Positions 7,504 to 8,584 of a DNA stretch of 8,584 nucleotides are shown here, one piece after another; within the stretch, counting starts at the first letter, position 1, and each line of letters starts with the position of its first letter. The notes beneath the pieces are model-generated. The model worked only from the letters and a program-made list of their open reading frames with translations. It was not told the origin of the DNA and ran no database searches. The stretch is from an uncultured archaeon. Its GTDB lineage: Archaea > Iainarchaeota > Iainarchaeia > Iainarchaeales > CSSED10-239. The stretch spans positions 1-8,584 of the forward strand of contig CAZCAP010000016.1 of the NCBI GenBank assembly GCA_964496765.1. Direction: 5' to 3'. Position numbers and translations under genes: made by a program.

Positions 7504-8363
7504 ATGTTTCCCTGTGTATTATTTTTTTTAAGTTCATGACTTGCTTTTGTTAATGCATACCTTGTTGTTAAAAGCTCGTCCTTAAGTTCTTTGATTAATT
7601 CAAGTGCAATTCTTTCCTTTTCAAGTTGAGAATTATCTAGATTTGTAATATCATTATTTAATTGCTTAATGTGCCTATAGATGTTTGCAAGCTCCTGCTC
7701 AAGATGAACTATGTGTATCTTAAGTAGAGTTTGATTTTGCTCAGTGACCTTGGTTTTAGAAATTAATTCAGATTCAAGGTTAGATATCTTAGATGCCACC
7801 ATTTTTTCTTTAGCTTCTAGCCATCTATATTCCTCAAGTTGTTTATTTAGGTTTAAAATCTTATTATCCTTCTGAGAAACAAGTGTCATTAGTTGTTCGC
7901 TTGATCTTTTTTGAGCACCAATGTCCACATACTTGTTTTCTATGATCTTTTTAGCACCTTCAAGGAATTGAATAAATATGTTTAATTCGTTTTTAACTTC
8001 CTCTTCAAGATCATAGTAGCCCTGTGGTCTTGTGATTGCTTCTTTTATATTTAGTAAATCATTAGTTATTTCTTTCTTGTGTAATTCAATAAATAAATGT
8101 TTGTTAACCTTGTTAGCTAACATTAGAAAGTTCTGATGGAATAGATCTAGTTTCTTTGGATTAAGCTCAGAAACATATTGGAGATTCATTCCTCTGTTTG
8201 CTTCTCCTATTTCTTTACTAATTTTTTCAAGTGCTTCTCTAAGTGCACCTAATGTTCGTATTATTTCTATTTTTTCAAGTGTGTGAAGAGGATTTGTTAT
8301 TATCCTATAGCACTCTCTTGTTTTTGATAATAGTAAATCAATTTTTGTATATATATCTTCCAT
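7500..8363 (-). CDS. Soluble helical/coiled-coil protein of unknown function
   Basis: 287 aa, no TM segment or signal peptide. Residues about 155-280 show heptad-like, E/K/L-rich sequence (NLNKQLEEYRWLEAKEKMVASKISNLESELIS...). Stop codon overlaps the start of the 6004-7503 gene. Confidence 0.8.
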   Translation of the reverse strand: MEDIYTKIDLLLSKTRECYRIITNPLHTLEKIEIIRTLGALREALEKISKEIGEANRGMNLQYVSELNPKKLDLFHQNFLMLANKVNKHLFIELHKKEITNDLLNIKEAITRPQGYYDLEEEVKNELNIFIQFLEGAKKIIENKYVDIGAQKRSSEQLMTLVSQKDNKILNLNKQLEEYRWLEAKEKMVASKISNLESELISKTKVTEQNQTLLKIHIVHLEQELANIYRHIKQLNNDITNLDNSQLEKERIALELIKELKDELLTTRYALTKASHELKKNNTQGNI

Positions 8364-8495
8364 TCTTAATCTTATTTTTTAATTTTATATATATTTTACT
8401 TAATATATAATATACTGTTACATTTAATAATTTTTGTATTTATAGTATATAATAGAGCTAAAGTTTATATTTATAAGTGTAAGAGGTTGGTTAAT
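8364..8495. promoter_or_regulatory. Divergent intergenic/promoter region between the coiled-coil gene (-) and rubrerythrin (+)
   Basis: 132 bp of very AT-rich sequence with several TATA-like tracts (e.g. tttatatatatttt at about 8384-8397; tttatagtatataata at about 8439-8454) and a Shine-Dalgarno-like AGAGG near 8482-8486 ahead of the + strand start. Confidence 0.5.
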
Positions 8496-8584
8496 ATGAA
8501 TGAAACTATAAAAAACTTAACAAAAGCATTTATTGGGGAATCAATGGCAAGGAATAGATATACTTTTTTTGCTAGGATTGCTCA
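8496..8584 (+). CDS. rbr: Rubrerythrin, N-terminal fragment (3' truncated by window edge)
   Basis: Translation MNETIKNLTKAFIGESMARNRYTFFARIA matches the rubrerythrin N-terminal signature (L..AF.GES.AR.RY..FA..A). Absent from the supplied ORF track because it runs off the window. SD-like aagaggttgg precedes the ATG. Confidence 0.9.
   Translation, partial: MNETIKNLTKAFIGESMARNRYTFFARIA

Noticed and set aside
8364-8495. AT-rich repeated 'tatata' tracts as a possible repeat array or CRISPR-like leader
   Set aside because: No repeated unit of consistent length and no spacers; low-complexity promoter-type sequence in an AT-rich genome explains it.
1-8584. Defence or phage system hypothesis (membrane protein plus coiled-coil beside methyltransferases)
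   Set aside because: The methyltransferases resemble FkbM and glycan-cluster types rather than DNA methylases. No nuclease, helicase, protease, TIR or cyclase motif was seen, so a surface-glycan/envelope context fits better.

Overview
AT-rich, densely coding window that looks like the edge of a surface-glycan locus. On the + strand: the 3' part of a Wzx-like flippase (continues upstream of the window), one GT4 glycosyltransferase, and the first 89 nt of a rubrerythrin at the right edge. On the - strand: a membrane-associated GT2 (659-1525), then a tightly packed six-gene run read from 8363 down to 2667: coiled-coil protein, single-pass membrane protein with Ig-like repeats, FkbM-type methyltransferase, GT2, small class-I SAM methyltransferase, GT2. 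The glycan enzymes are ordinary. The best candidate for something undescribed is the translationally coupled pair at 6004-8363. It consists of a soluble coiled-coil protein and a membrane protein with a Gly-rich cytoplasmic tail, one TM helix and a ~440-residue sequon-rich beta ectodomain, placed just upstream of FkbM and glycosyltransferase genes. Upstream regions look more archaeal (TATA-like elements close to start codons, possibly leaderless) than bacterial, and a DPANN-type archaeon is plausible but unproven. No CRISPR array, tRNA, rRNA or mobile element was recognised.
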